Under the pieces are notes generated by a model. The model was given only the letters and a program-made list of their open reading frames with translations. It was not told the origin of the DNA and ran no database searches. Positions 63,461 through 64,000 of a stretch of 64,000 nt of DNA are shown in pieces. The DNA is taken from the NCBI GenBank assembly GCA_950097015.1, contig CATNEN010000007.1:6944001-7008000 (forward strand), given 5' to 3'. Origin of the DNA: Macrostomum hystrix (lineage: Eukaryota > Animalia > Platyhelminthes). The number at the start of each line of letters is the position of its first letter. Positions within the stretch are counted from its first letter, which is position 1. Position numbers and translations under genes: made by a program.

Positions 63461-64000
63461 GGAAGAGAGACTGGGAGCTAAGGGACACCTTATCGAGGTT
63501 CGCTTGCTTTTTGTCTTAAAGACAATCGAGTTCTAAATTGATAGTTTCAGAAATTAATACTAAGCCCGCCTGAATTAAGCCTGAATTAAGAACTTAGCTA
63601 AGAAAATAATTTAAGGCAAAGCGCTTTAGCTGCAAGCAAATATATATAATATTCATAACTATGTATTCCCACTCTCTATTGGCGTAAATTAACCTCACTG
63701 TTTAAAAAAGCAAGTGTGCTTCTTTAATTATAATCGCCGAGCTTGATGTCGCATCTTTTGCCACAATTATTGTGTCAGGAGTGAACAAGAACTTGGTTTG
63801 AATATGCATCGGCTGTGACAGAGTCGTTTGTGAGGCCGAACAGCCTTTCAGTTTCTCTAGTACCACTGAACCCAATCGAATGCAAAACAATGCGAAACTC
63901 AACTCCGCAGACCGCAGAGAAGAGGTCTGTCTTGAAAATGCCATGTGGAAACGTGAGCTGTTGTCCTATACTGCGAAAATGTTCACTGCTGCTTTCAGAA

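Overview
Gene-dense invertebrate (metazoan) genomic DNA. It has spliceosomal introns, GC-rich codons and many introns filled with unrelated minisatellites. An innexin, a DEG/ENaC and this repeat style suggest a flatworm such as Macrostomum (inference). Genes rebuilt by hand from splice sites and reading phase: the 3' end of an unknown gene (-); a Shisa/WBP1/VOPP1-like PY-motif membrane protein (+); two tandem Delta-like DSL Notch ligands (-); a small RING-HC protein (-); WIP/verprolin (-); TMEM167B/kish (+); RPS9 (+); two PLPP/wunen-like lipid phosphate phosphatases (+); a DEG/ENaC channel (-) head-to-head with an innexin (+). Mobile DNA: a very young, compact 4.3-kb Mag-like Gypsy element; a decayed IS630/Tc1 transposon; two hAT MITEs; two tRNA-SINE families; a probable solo LTR; and an ORF-less 1.8-kb element with nested, asymmetric inverted repeats. 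Best leads: (1) both DSL ligands have lysine-free cytoplasmic tails with conserved tyrosine sorting motifs and an altered DSL binding face, and are flanked by a PY-motif adaptor, a RING protein and WIP; (2) the DIRS-like inverted-repeat element; (3) a GC-AG intron and non-shared intron positions in the PLPP pair. Most long ORFs in the supplied track are repeat artefacts.
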